DNA from: Candidatus Krumholzibacteriia bacterium
GTDB taxonomy: Bacteria > Krumholzibacteriota > Krumholzibacteriia > LZORAL124-64-63
Direction: 5' to 3'
Assembly: GCA_036351155.1 (NCBI GenBank)
Contig: JAZBOO010000367.1
Span: forward strand, 1-22,630
DNA length: 22,630 nucleotides
The notes beneath the pieces were generated by a model. It was given only the letters and a program-made list of their open reading frames with translations, made no database searches and was not told where the DNA came from. Shown in pieces: positions 1-6,803 of the stretch (position 1 is its first letter; every line of letters begins with the position of its first letter). A program made the position numbers and the translations under genes.

Positions 1-1953
1 ATCGTTGGCCGAGGCCACATCGAACTCGGCGCTTGGTGTCCCTTCCCGGGGCTGGGGAATGGCGCCCTGCTCTTCCACGCTGATCAGGGCCAGATTCTCC
101 TGATTATGGCGACCGGCGATCTTGCGCACGGTCAGGTCGATGGCCACGTCTTCGCCTCCGCGCTCCATGCGGATGTTCTTGTACTTGACCTCCTGTCCCG
201 TGTCAAAAATTCGCCGCAGACCCGTGGCCAGAGGGACACCCAGCTCACCCACCACCATCCGGGTGATGTCGTTGTGGACCTTGCCCGAAGGCAGGGTCAG
301 GATGCCGGCAGTTTCTCCCACCACGTGCAGCAACTCGCTCTGTTCGTTGACCACCATGGAGAGGGGAATCATGCCCTGGGCCAGGGTGTCGAGCAGCCTT
401 TCCATCAGCTTGTCGTCCTGGCGGCCGGGCTGGTAACCCCGGCGTCCGAGGACTCCCTTGCCGCTCAAGCCCAGCCGGTCAGCAGCCAGCGGCATGGCGA
501 AGCCCCGACGTCCGCGCCGCGCCTGACCCCGCGACCGGAAGATCTTCAGCTTGCTGTCCAGGCAGTCGAAATTCTCGCTCATGTCACCGGTGGTTTCGCT
601 GGAACCCAGCACCAGCAGGGCATCGGTGTGCAGAGAGAAGTTGAACCCGTCGATGATTTTCTGCTGCAGCACCGGCTGCAGGTAAATCAGCAGGTTGCGA
701 CAGCACACCAGGTCCAGGTTGGTGAACGGCGGATCGGTGATCAGGTTGTGGTGAGCGAAAACCACCATTTCCCGGATGGCCCGCACCACCTTGACCTGCT
801 CGGTGTGGCGATTGAAGAAGCGGGTCACCCTCTGGGGGGTCATGTCGCCAATCACTGCCTCGGGATAGACGCCCGTGCTGGCGCGGCCTATGGCATCACG
901 GTCGATGTCGGTGGCGAAAATTTTGATGTCGAACTGACGATCCAGCTGGGTCATGACCTCGTGACAGACCATGGCCAGGGTGTAGGCCTCTTCGCCTGTA
1001 GAACAGCCGGCCACCCACATCCTGACCTCGTCCGACTCCGACTCCGACAGCAGCTTCGTCAGGTGCTTGGTCAGCAGGGCCTCCCAGACATCGGGGTCGC
1101 GGAAAAAGCTGGTCACCCCGATCAGCAGTTCACGATACAGCGACATGACCTCGCTGGGCCGGTTTTCCATGAAACTGACATAGTCGCTGAGTTCAACGAT
1201 CTGGTTGACCGTCATGCGCCGCTCGATCCGGCGGGCAATGGTGCTTTGCTTGTAGAGCGTGAAATCGACCCGGGCCTGTTCCCGCAGCATGGCAAAAACC
1301 CTGGCCAGCCGGTCCTCCTCAAGCAGCAGGGGCGAACGAGGGGTCTGGGCCGCCAGGTAGGGGTGGTCGACAAAACTCATCAGCTTGCCCGGCATCTCGG
1401 CCACCGGCAAAACGAAGTCCACCAGGCCGGTCGCCACCGCCGCGCGGGGCATCCCGTCGAAGCGCGCGGTTTCAGCCGACTGGGCCACCGTCAAGCCGCC
1501 CACTTCCTTGATGGCACGAATGCCACGGGCCCCGTCACTTCCGGTGCCGGACAGCACGATCCCCACCGAACGGTCCTTGAGATCCTGGGCCAGTGACTGG
1601 AAAAAGACATCGATGGGCAGATTGATGCCGCGCTCGTCCCGCACCTGATCACTCAGCTGCAGCTTTCCCTTGAACAGCCGTATGTCTTTACGGGGTGGGA
1701 TGATATAGACGTGATTCGAGGCGATGGCCATGCCGTCTTCAGCCCGCACCACCTCCATCTGGGTGTGCTTGGACAGCAGCTCGGCCATCAGGCTCTTGTA
1801 GTCCGGCGACAGATGCTGGACCACGACGAAAGCCAGTCCACTCTGGGCCGGCATGGCATCGAAAAACTGATCCAGGGCTTCCAGTCCCCCGGCGGAGGCC
1901 CCCAACCCGACACAACAGACAGGGCTGATCTGGTCCATTTGCTTGTCGCTCAA
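1..1953 (-). CDS. CheB methylesterase / CheR methyltransferase fusion protein (CheBR type, probably continuing into PAS/coiled-coil regions); 3' end outside the window
   Basis: Absent from the ORF track (no stop codon in the window); translated by hand. CheB motifs VGLGASAGGLEAL, FVVVQHLSPDYKS and VLSGTGSDGARG (Ser-His-Asp triad), then CheR motifs LLIGVTSFFRDP, WVAGCSTGEEAY, KIFATDID and LDLVCCRNLLIYL. TTG start at 1953 follows an AAGGAGG SD; an in-frame ATG at 1938 is the alternative. Confidence 0.92.
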   Translation of the reverse strand, partial: MSDKQMDQISPVCCVGLGASAGGLEALDQFFDAMPAQSGLAFVVVQHLSPDYKSLMAELLSKHTQMEVVRAEDGMAIASNHVYIIPPRKDIRLFKGKLQLSDQVRDERGINLPIDVFFQSLAQDLKDRSVGIVLSGTGSDGARGIRAIKEVGGLTVAQSAETARFDGMPRAAVATGLVDFVLPVAEMPGKLMSFVDHPYLAAQTPRSPLLLEEDRLARVFAMLREQARVDFTLYKQSTIARRIERRMTVNQIVELSDYVSFMENRPSEVMSLYRELLIGVTSFFRDPDVWEALLTKHLTKLLSESESDEVRMWVAGCSTGEEAYTLAMVCHEVMTQLDRQFDIKIFATDIDRDAIGRASTGVYPEAVIGDMTPQRVTRFFNRHTEQVKVVRAIREMVVFAHHNLITDPPFTNLDLVCCRNLLIYLQPVLQQKIIDGFNFSLHTDALLVLGSSETTGDMSENFDCLDSKLKIFRSRGQARRGRRGFAMPLAADRLGLSGKGVLGRRGYQPGRQDDKLMERLLDTLAQGMIPLSMVVNEQSELLHVVGETAGILTLPSGKVHNDITRMVVGELGVPLATGLRRIFDTGQEVKYKNIRMERGGEDVAIDLTVRKIAGRHNQENLALISVEEQGAIPQPREGTPSAEFDVASAND

Positions 1954-1998
1954 ACCATCCTCCTTTGGCCATCGAACAACACGAACACCCTACAGATT

Positions 1999-2027
1999 AC
2001 CGTATATCGATTTCATATTAAAAACAA
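1999..2027 (-). promoter_or_regulatory. Candidate sigma70-type promoter for cheBR
   Basis: Minus strand TTGTTT-N17-TACGGT within an AT-rich stretch about 45 nt upstream of the start codon. Confidence 0.35.
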
Positions 2028-2104
2028 CACAAGTCGTTCCGCCCCACGATACTAAAGAAATGTATTGAGAACCATTCCCAATTTAAGTCCCCGATGTTTT
2101 TTGG

Positions 2105-2133
2105 TGGCGCCCCTGGTCACACTACCCTAGACT
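2105..2133 (+). promoter_or_regulatory. Candidate sigma70-type promoter for the intergenic RNA
   Basis: TGGCGC-N17-TAGACT: good -10, weak -35. Predicts a start near 2140, just before the structured GC-rich region. Confidence 0.35.
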
Positions 2134-2140
2134 GATGATC

Positions 2141-2445
2141 AAGGTGGGGTCACAGGAGCCCGCCGCACATCACCCGAACCGCACCACGGCCCTGGGCCCT
2201 GGGCGGCGATCTCGGGGGTTTGGGCAGCCTCAAAGGTCGGGCGGGTTGGGTCCTGCCGCGGATGGACAGCCCATCAACCCGGATGGTTCATGAACGATCC
2301 GGGGATAGGAGGTGATCCAGTGAGTGAACATAGACCGAGCTCAGTGGAGGTGGCGTCCCTGCGTTGACGGGGCATCTCCGGGAAATGGCCGTTGAGGTAG
2401 GTCCCTCGTGACAGGGAAACCCAACGTCACCCGAGCTGAAGCTAC
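2141..2445 (+). ncRNA. Candidate ~300-nt structured RNA of unrecognised family (ncRNA or structured small-ORF mRNA)
   Basis: Helices read by eye: 2153-2164/2240-2255 (bulged), 2173-2180/2217-2224, 2261-2265/2271-2275, 2278-2284/2297-2303, 2338-2342/2433-2437, 2346-2352/2373-2379, 2408-2412/2426-2430 enclosing GGGAAACCC. Bounded by a candidate promoter and a + strand terminator while both flanking genes are on the minus strand. Confidence 0.6.
2320..2367 (+). CDS. Possible 15-aa small ORF MSEHRPSSVEVASLR inside the structured RNA
   Basis: AGGAGG (2307-2312), 7-nt spacer, GTG at 2320, TGA at 2365-2367. Supported only by the strong SD; no homology known to me. Confidence 0.3.
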   Translation: MSEHRPSSVEVASLR

Positions 2446-2489
2446 AAGGGCGCCGCGGCAGTTTTTATTGCCGCGGCGTTCTTTTTCTT
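2446..2489 (+). terminator. Intrinsic terminator
   Basis: Perfect 10-bp stem CGCCGCGGCA (2451-2460)/TGCCGCGGCG (2469-2478), extendable by G-U pairs, followed by TTCTTTTTCTT on the + strand. May also stop the convergent minus-strand operon ending at 2496. Confidence 0.85.
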
Positions 2490-2495
2490 GGTGCT

Positions 2496-5171
2496 TCAGG
2501 TCTCTTCCGGTGCGGGAAAATCCCGCCCCTCATCCTGGCAAATCTTGCGCAGAGGATTGACCGACCAGGGATAGTGGAAATCATAGAAGTGGGAGTACGG
2601 CTTCTGCAACATGGCCAGCAACTCAGACGATTCCGGACTGGCCCCGGGATCCAGGGCATCGGCCACCCTGGCCAGGTCTTTCTCCGACAGCTTCAGGCGA
2701 ATGAAGGTCTTGCCATCGACCGGCTTGAGGGGTAATGATCGCTCGGGCTCCTCCAGCAACACCTTGCGCGCCCGGGCAATACGATGTTCACCCACCTCGC
2801 GCAGCACCTCCCGGTACTTGCGGTACTGAATCCATTCGTTGATCAGGAAGGCGATTTCGCGGTCGCCCAGCTGGTTCCAGAACACGATGGGGTGATCGCC
2901 CTGGCTGAACCGACCCAGCATGTAGCAGCCGGCGGTCATGCCGCTGAGGCCCATCCTGAGGCAGCGGCCCGCCGCCTCCCGCATCAGACAAACCTTCCGC
3001 TCCAGTGTCAACAGATCGAAAACCTCGGCCTGCTTGTTGTGACTGCCCAGATCGCTACTCAGGACGGCGGAAACGAACCCTTCCGCAAAGAAATCATGCC
3101 ACTGATTGACCATCTCGGCCGCTTTTTCCGGCTCGGTGCGCAGGTCCATCTGGACCATCTTCACCAGGTCGACATAGTTCTCCACCTGGTCGGCTTTCAG
3201 GCTGCCCGTCAGCTCCTGGTACTGGTCGAAGGCAGCCTCCAGGGTGCGAAAAACCTCTTCCTCGCGCGGGGTCAACTCCAGCGGCACCCCCTGGCGATAC
3301 TTGTTGAACCGTGCCGGCGTGAAGCGGGCCTTGCCCCGGTAAACCTTCTTGCGCTTCGAGGACACCGTGATCCAGTCGCCCTGCCGGATCTCCTGCCCGT
3401 TGGTGTTGACCATGGTCGTCGGATCCACCATGCGCACGCCGTAGCTGCTCAGGTCCAGAAACGCCAGAGTGCCATGGCCACGGCAGGTGGTCACCAGATG
3501 GATGGCGGCCGGGTCCAGGCTGAAAATCACATCAACGGTGCCGATGGCGACCATGTCCGAAGGCGAGAACCGCTGCTGACAGAGGCAGACCCCTGTCTCC
3601 CCATTTTTCTTGGCCGCCAGTGCCTCCTCCACCGTGAAATATACCCGGGCCGAGATGGCGCTGCGGGGCAAAATGGAATAGCCGTCGGCAAAGAAATCCA
3701 GCTCGTCGAAGGCATCCTCGTCGATGGTGTCCGACATGATCTGGCGGAAATGGAAGGGCTTGACCAGACCCGGGACCTTCTGCTTGGGCAGCAGGGTCTC
3801 GTTGAACATGTCCATGGCCGACACCAGAGCAGCACGGCCCGTCAGCTCCGATTCGTTGATCTGTAGCAGCGCGAAAAAATGACCGTGCCGCACGGTCTCC
3901 GAGGCAAACTCGGCGGTCACGGTCGAGGCGAATTCCTTTTCCAGAACGCGCAAAGAAGGCACAAAATGAAAGAGGGCGGGGAACCGCTCCTTGATCTCGT
4001 CACGCTGGGCAAACTCCGTCACGCGAGCCTGCACCGTACCGGTCATGATGTCCTCGCCGAAGATGCTCCGTACCGTCTCGACCATCATCTTGCGACCCGT
4101 GTTCGGGTTGCGGCTGTAGAGAACTCCCGGGTAGGATTCATCGCCCCGGACGGTGCAAATCATTTGCTGAACAATCAGCGCCGGCCGCACCGCCCGGCCA
4201 TGGGACAGGGTGAAGATCAGATCACGGTTGGCCGTGAAAAATCCCGCCGAGCACCGGTCCAGGAACTCCACCTGGTAAAAGGCGTCTTCCAGCAGGCTGG
4301 CGTCCAGCGCCGTGATTTCCTTCTCCAGGAGTTCGATCGCCTCGGTCAGATCCCCCGGCTTATCCAGCAGAGCGGCGATATTCGGGGCCAGGGGTGTTCC
4401 CTCGTGGGCCAGCAGCATGCGCAGGTTTTTGAGGTTGTTGTAGTACATCTTGGACGCGGCCTGGACCCCGTAAATTCCGCACAGGACGGGAAAAACCGCC
4501 GCGGTGATCCCCGCGTTCAGGTAGGTGGGCATCAGGCCGGGAATGTAGGACGGCATGGCGTAGCGCAGGGCCAGGATCAACGGCTGGGCAATGGAACCCA
4601 GCTGGCGGCCGCTCATCTGCTCCAGGTTCTGGACCGCCTGCCGCAAATGATCCCGGCGGTCTTCTGGAGGGCACTGAAAACTCCCGGTGGACAGGATGCA
4701 GAAGTCGGGCACGGGATAGCCCTGCCGACTCAGCTTGAGGAGGTTCAACCCCTTGTGGCTCACCTCCTCACACGAAAAATCCCTGGAGGTGAAATGGGGA
4801 ATCACGTGGTCGTTTTCGGCGAGGTCCAGCTGGTCGCAAAAGCGCCGATTGGCCTCCTGCTGGATCTTCAGGATGCGGTTCACCTCGGCCAGAGCCGAAG
4901 AATCGCCCTGGCGGGACCGCACCAGGAGCGAAAGGTAGCGCTTGCCCAGCTTCCGGTCCCGGTTGTTCAGGATGGGGATGTCCACACCCCTCACCGGAAT
5001 TTGCTCGGCCTGATCCGATCCGTTCAGGCGGTACTCTACCCGCGCGGGACGGTAGCCAGGCAATTCCTCGGCAGGGGCGGGCCAGCGGGCGTCCGCCATG
5101 CGGGAATAGACATTGGGGTAGTTCGCCCGGAGAACGAAATCCGAGACCTCGAGTGGCCCACAATCCGGCAT
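2496..5171 (-). CDS. Divergent pyruvate phosphate dikinase-like protein: ATP-grasp plus phosphohistidine swivel domains, non-canonical C-terminal domain (891 aa)
   Basis: SHKGLNLLKLSRQGYPVPDF ~ PPDK GGKGANLAEM..GLPVP; PLILALRYAMPSYIPGLMPTYLNAG ~ PLLVSVRSGA..SMPGMMDTVLNLG; VQQMI..GDESYPGVLYSRNPNTG; GEDIMTG; AIHLVTTCRGHG ~ TSHAAVVARGMG; IRQGDWITV. No PEP/pyruvate TIM-barrel motifs seen. AGGAG SD 5 nt before the ATG. Confidence 0.85.
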   Translation of the reverse strand: MPDCGPLEVSDFVLRANYPNVYSRMADARWPAPAEELPGYRPARVEYRLNGSDQAEQIPVRGVDIPILNNRDRKLGKRYLSLLVRSRQGDSSALAEVNRILKIQQEANRRFCDQLDLAENDHVIPHFTSRDFSCEEVSHKGLNLLKLSRQGYPVPDFCILSTGSFQCPPEDRRDHLRQAVQNLEQMSGRQLGSIAQPLILALRYAMPSYIPGLMPTYLNAGITAAVFPVLCGIYGVQAASKMYYNNLKNLRMLLAHEGTPLAPNIAALLDKPGDLTEAIELLEKEITALDASLLEDAFYQVEFLDRCSAGFFTANRDLIFTLSHGRAVRPALIVQQMICTVRGDESYPGVLYSRNPNTGRKMMVETVRSIFGEDIMTGTVQARVTEFAQRDEIKERFPALFHFVPSLRVLEKEFASTVTAEFASETVRHGHFFALLQINESELTGRAALVSAMDMFNETLLPKQKVPGLVKPFHFRQIMSDTIDEDAFDELDFFADGYSILPRSAISARVYFTVEEALAAKKNGETGVCLCQQRFSPSDMVAIGTVDVIFSLDPAAIHLVTTCRGHGTLAFLDLSSYGVRMVDPTTMVNTNGQEIRQGDWITVSSKRKKVYRGKARFTPARFNKYRQGVPLELTPREEEVFRTLEAAFDQYQELTGSLKADQVENYVDLVKMVQMDLRTEPEKAAEMVNQWHDFFAEGFVSAVLSSDLGSHNKQAEVFDLLTLERKVCLMREAAGRCLRMGLSGMTAGCYMLGRFSQGDHPIVFWNQLGDREIAFLINEWIQYRKYREVLREVGEHRIARARKVLLEEPERSLPLKPVDGKTFIRLKLSEKDLARVADALDPGASPESSELLAMLQKPYSHFYDFHYPWSVNPLRKICQDEGRDFPAPEET

Positions 5172-5185
5172 GATGGCTCCTGGTT

Positions 5186-6004
5186 TCAGCGGCCCGGAAC
5201 GGCCAGGCCGGCTTCCTCGGTCATCTGCAGCTTCATGGTTTCCATGTCACTCAAGGGCAGAATCTCGGGCGCGCGTCCATCGCGGTACACCCAGACCCGG
5301 CGCAGCTCGGGCAGGACGATGGGCGCAACCTCACCCGACACGGGCACCACTGTGATTCCCCCTTCCCACAGGCAGACACAAGAGGCCTCGGGGGTGCGGA
5401 ACACGGCAAAGGTGGTGCCGGTCAGGCTGGCCGTCAATTCTTCGGTGGCAAAGACCAGGGGGAAGCCCAGCTTCTGCCCCCCGGTGGTGCCGTAGATTTC
5501 ACCGCTGCTCAGGGTGAGTTCGCGCCCGCGGTCGAACCAGCGACCAGGCGCCGCCGGCAGTTCCAGCCGGGTGCCGGGCAGCATCCGGAACCGCAAACGG
5601 TCGCCCAGCTGCAGCTCCACTTCGCTGCCGGGAGCCGTGACCAGGGTGCCGGCTTCCAGGCGATGCCCCGTGGCCAGAGCCTGACCACCGGGTGCGGTCA
5701 CGCCCTCGGGCTGTACCACGTCCAGCACCACCCACTGGTCGCTGGGCGTGCTGCCGAACAGGAAGGCCGCCACCAGGGCCGCCGCCAGACCCACCGTCGA
5801 CCACAGGAAACCACGCCGCGACTTATGGGCCGACTGCGGAGGAGGAGGCGCAGACGCACGGGCGCCCTCCAGGAATGCGGCGCGGGCGCGGTCCCGAGCC
5901 TCGACCGGTGCCTGGGCACGCGGCAGCCGGCGCAGGGCTGCAAGAGCCCGCGTTTCCTGGCTGTCCGGGCCTTGGCCCTGCACGTGTTTCCGGTCGTCGC
6001 TCAT
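5186..6004 (-). CDS. Membrane-anchored anti-sigma factor with FecR-like periplasmic domain (272 aa)
   Basis: Short N-terminal helical region, one TM (GFLWSTVGLAAALVAAFLFG), FecR-like beta motifs (LVTAPGSEVELQLGD..FRMLPGTRLEL, LTLSSGEIY, ASLTGTTFAV, CLWEGGITV). Start overlaps the sigma stop codon (ATGA at 6001-6004). Confidence 0.82.
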   Translation of the reverse strand: MSDDRKHVQGQGPDSQETRALAALRRLPRAQAPVEARDRARAAFLEGARASAPPPPQSAHKSRRGFLWSTVGLAAALVAAFLFGSTPSDQWVVLDVVQPEGVTAPGGQALATGHRLEAGTLVTAPGSEVELQLGDRLRFRMLPGTRLELPAAPGRWFDRGRELTLSSGEIYGTTGGQKLGFPLVFATEELTASLTGTTFAVFRTPEASCVCLWEGGITVVPVSGEVAPIVLPELRRVWVYRDGRAPEILPLSDMETMKLQMTEEAGLAVPGR

Positions 6005-6612
6005 CGTTCCGGTCTTTCCTCGGTGCGTGCCTGATGGAACACCTTGCCCAGGCGAGCCACGGCGCGCGCATGGCGCTGTCTGACCGCGTCGGTCTTCAGA
6101 TTCAGCATGTCGGCAATTTCGGCCGTCGTCAGTTCCTCGTAATCTCTCAGCAGGATGACCTCGCGGTCATCCATCGACAGTTGCCGCAAGGCCGCCCACA
6201 CCGCCCGCAGCTCCTCGTCCTTCTCCATGGCCGCCTGCACATCGCGGTCGGGATGGGGCAGGTTCAGCTCGGCCGGATCTCCCGTGCCCGCGGCGGCCTG
6301 CTCACGCTTGTGCTCGGCCGAGCGCCAGTGATCCCGGACCACGTTGGTGGCCACGGTGAACACCCAGCCGGTGGGATCCCGGTCCGGATCCAGCTTGCCG
6401 ATCACCTTCTGCAGACGCATGAACACGTCCTGGGTCAGATCCTGGCTCAGCACCGGATCACGCATCAGGTTGACCACGTGGGCATAGACCCGGTCGTAGT
6501 AGTGCTCGAAAAACAGTTCCAGAGCTCCCTGGTCACGCCGGGCCACACGCACCAGAATGGCCGGCGTCAGCGCGCCTGCGTCATTCTTGAACCTGGACCT
6601 GGCTGGTACCAC
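6001..6612 (-). CDS. ECF-family RNA polymerase sigma factor
   Basis: Region 2 (DQGALELFFEHYYDRVY, QDLTQDVFMRL, GWVFTVATNVVRDHWR) and region 4 (LRQLSMDDREVILLRDYEELTTAEIADML, VRQRHARA). GTG at 6612 preferred because GAGGT lies 8 nt upstream; the track's TTG at 6621 is the alternative. Confidence 0.93.
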   Translation of the reverse strand: MVPARSRFKNDAGALTPAILVRVARRDQGALELFFEHYYDRVYAHVVNLMRDPVLSQDLTQDVFMRLQKVIGKLDPDRDPTGWVFTVATNVVRDHWRSAEHKREQAAAGTGDPAELNLPHPDRDVQAAMEKDEELRAVWAALRQLSMDDREVILLRDYEELTTAEIADMLNLKTDAVRQRHARAVARLGKVFHQARTEERPER

Positions 6613-6695
6613 GACAAACAACCTCTGGAAGAACTACGAAATCCGGCGCCCAAACCGAACAGCCGAATTTTAATTCAGAAAAAGAAGAGCAAACC

Positions 6696-6722
6696 TGTCA
6701 CGGTTCAATTCTCCACTCCGTA
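6696..6722 (+). promoter_or_regulatory. Candidate ECF-sigma promoter for the divergent secreted-protein gene
   Basis: TGTCACG-N16-CGTA, close to the TGTCACA-N16-CGTC motif described for ECF41-group sigma factors; about 80 nt upstream of ATG 6804 and adjacent to an ECF gene. Confidence 0.45.
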
Positions 6723-6803
6723 GAGCCTACAGATGCGCGTGCCATCTGGCAATGATTGCATCGGGGATTTTTGACTTTCCTGAAACCGACCAAGGAGAAC
6801 GAT

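Noticed and set aside
106..1596. 496-aa + strand ORF
   Set aside because: Antisense shadow of the CheB-CheR gene; no recognisable motifs. Long open antisense frames are expected in GC-rich coding DNA.
2243..2300. SRP RNA-like words (GTTGGGTCCTG, TTCATGAAC)
   Set aside because: The conserved SRP core CAGG-x-CC-GNRA-GG-x-AGCAG is absent on both strands.
2307..2320. 16S rRNA gene fragment on the minus strand (CTGGATCACCTCCT)
   Set aside because: The match is only 14 nt; the adjacent 16S sequence (GTAACAAGGTA, GGGGAACCTGCGG) is absent.
2365..2400. Selenocysteine read-through of the small-ORF TGA
   Set aside because: Only a weak downstream hairpin that competes with a better helix; no redox motif and no supporting sel or radical SAM genes in the window.
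2496..5171. Naming the gene ppdK or ppsA
   Set aside because: The pyruvate-binding C-terminal motifs and the GGxTSH signature are missing, so canonical activity is unsupported.
2784..5495. 360-aa and 538-aa + strand ORFs
   Set aside because: Antisense shadows of the PPDK-like and anti-sigma genes.
6756..6803. Upstream start for the secreted protein in the ORF track
   Set aside because: The SD and signal peptide fit ATG 6804.
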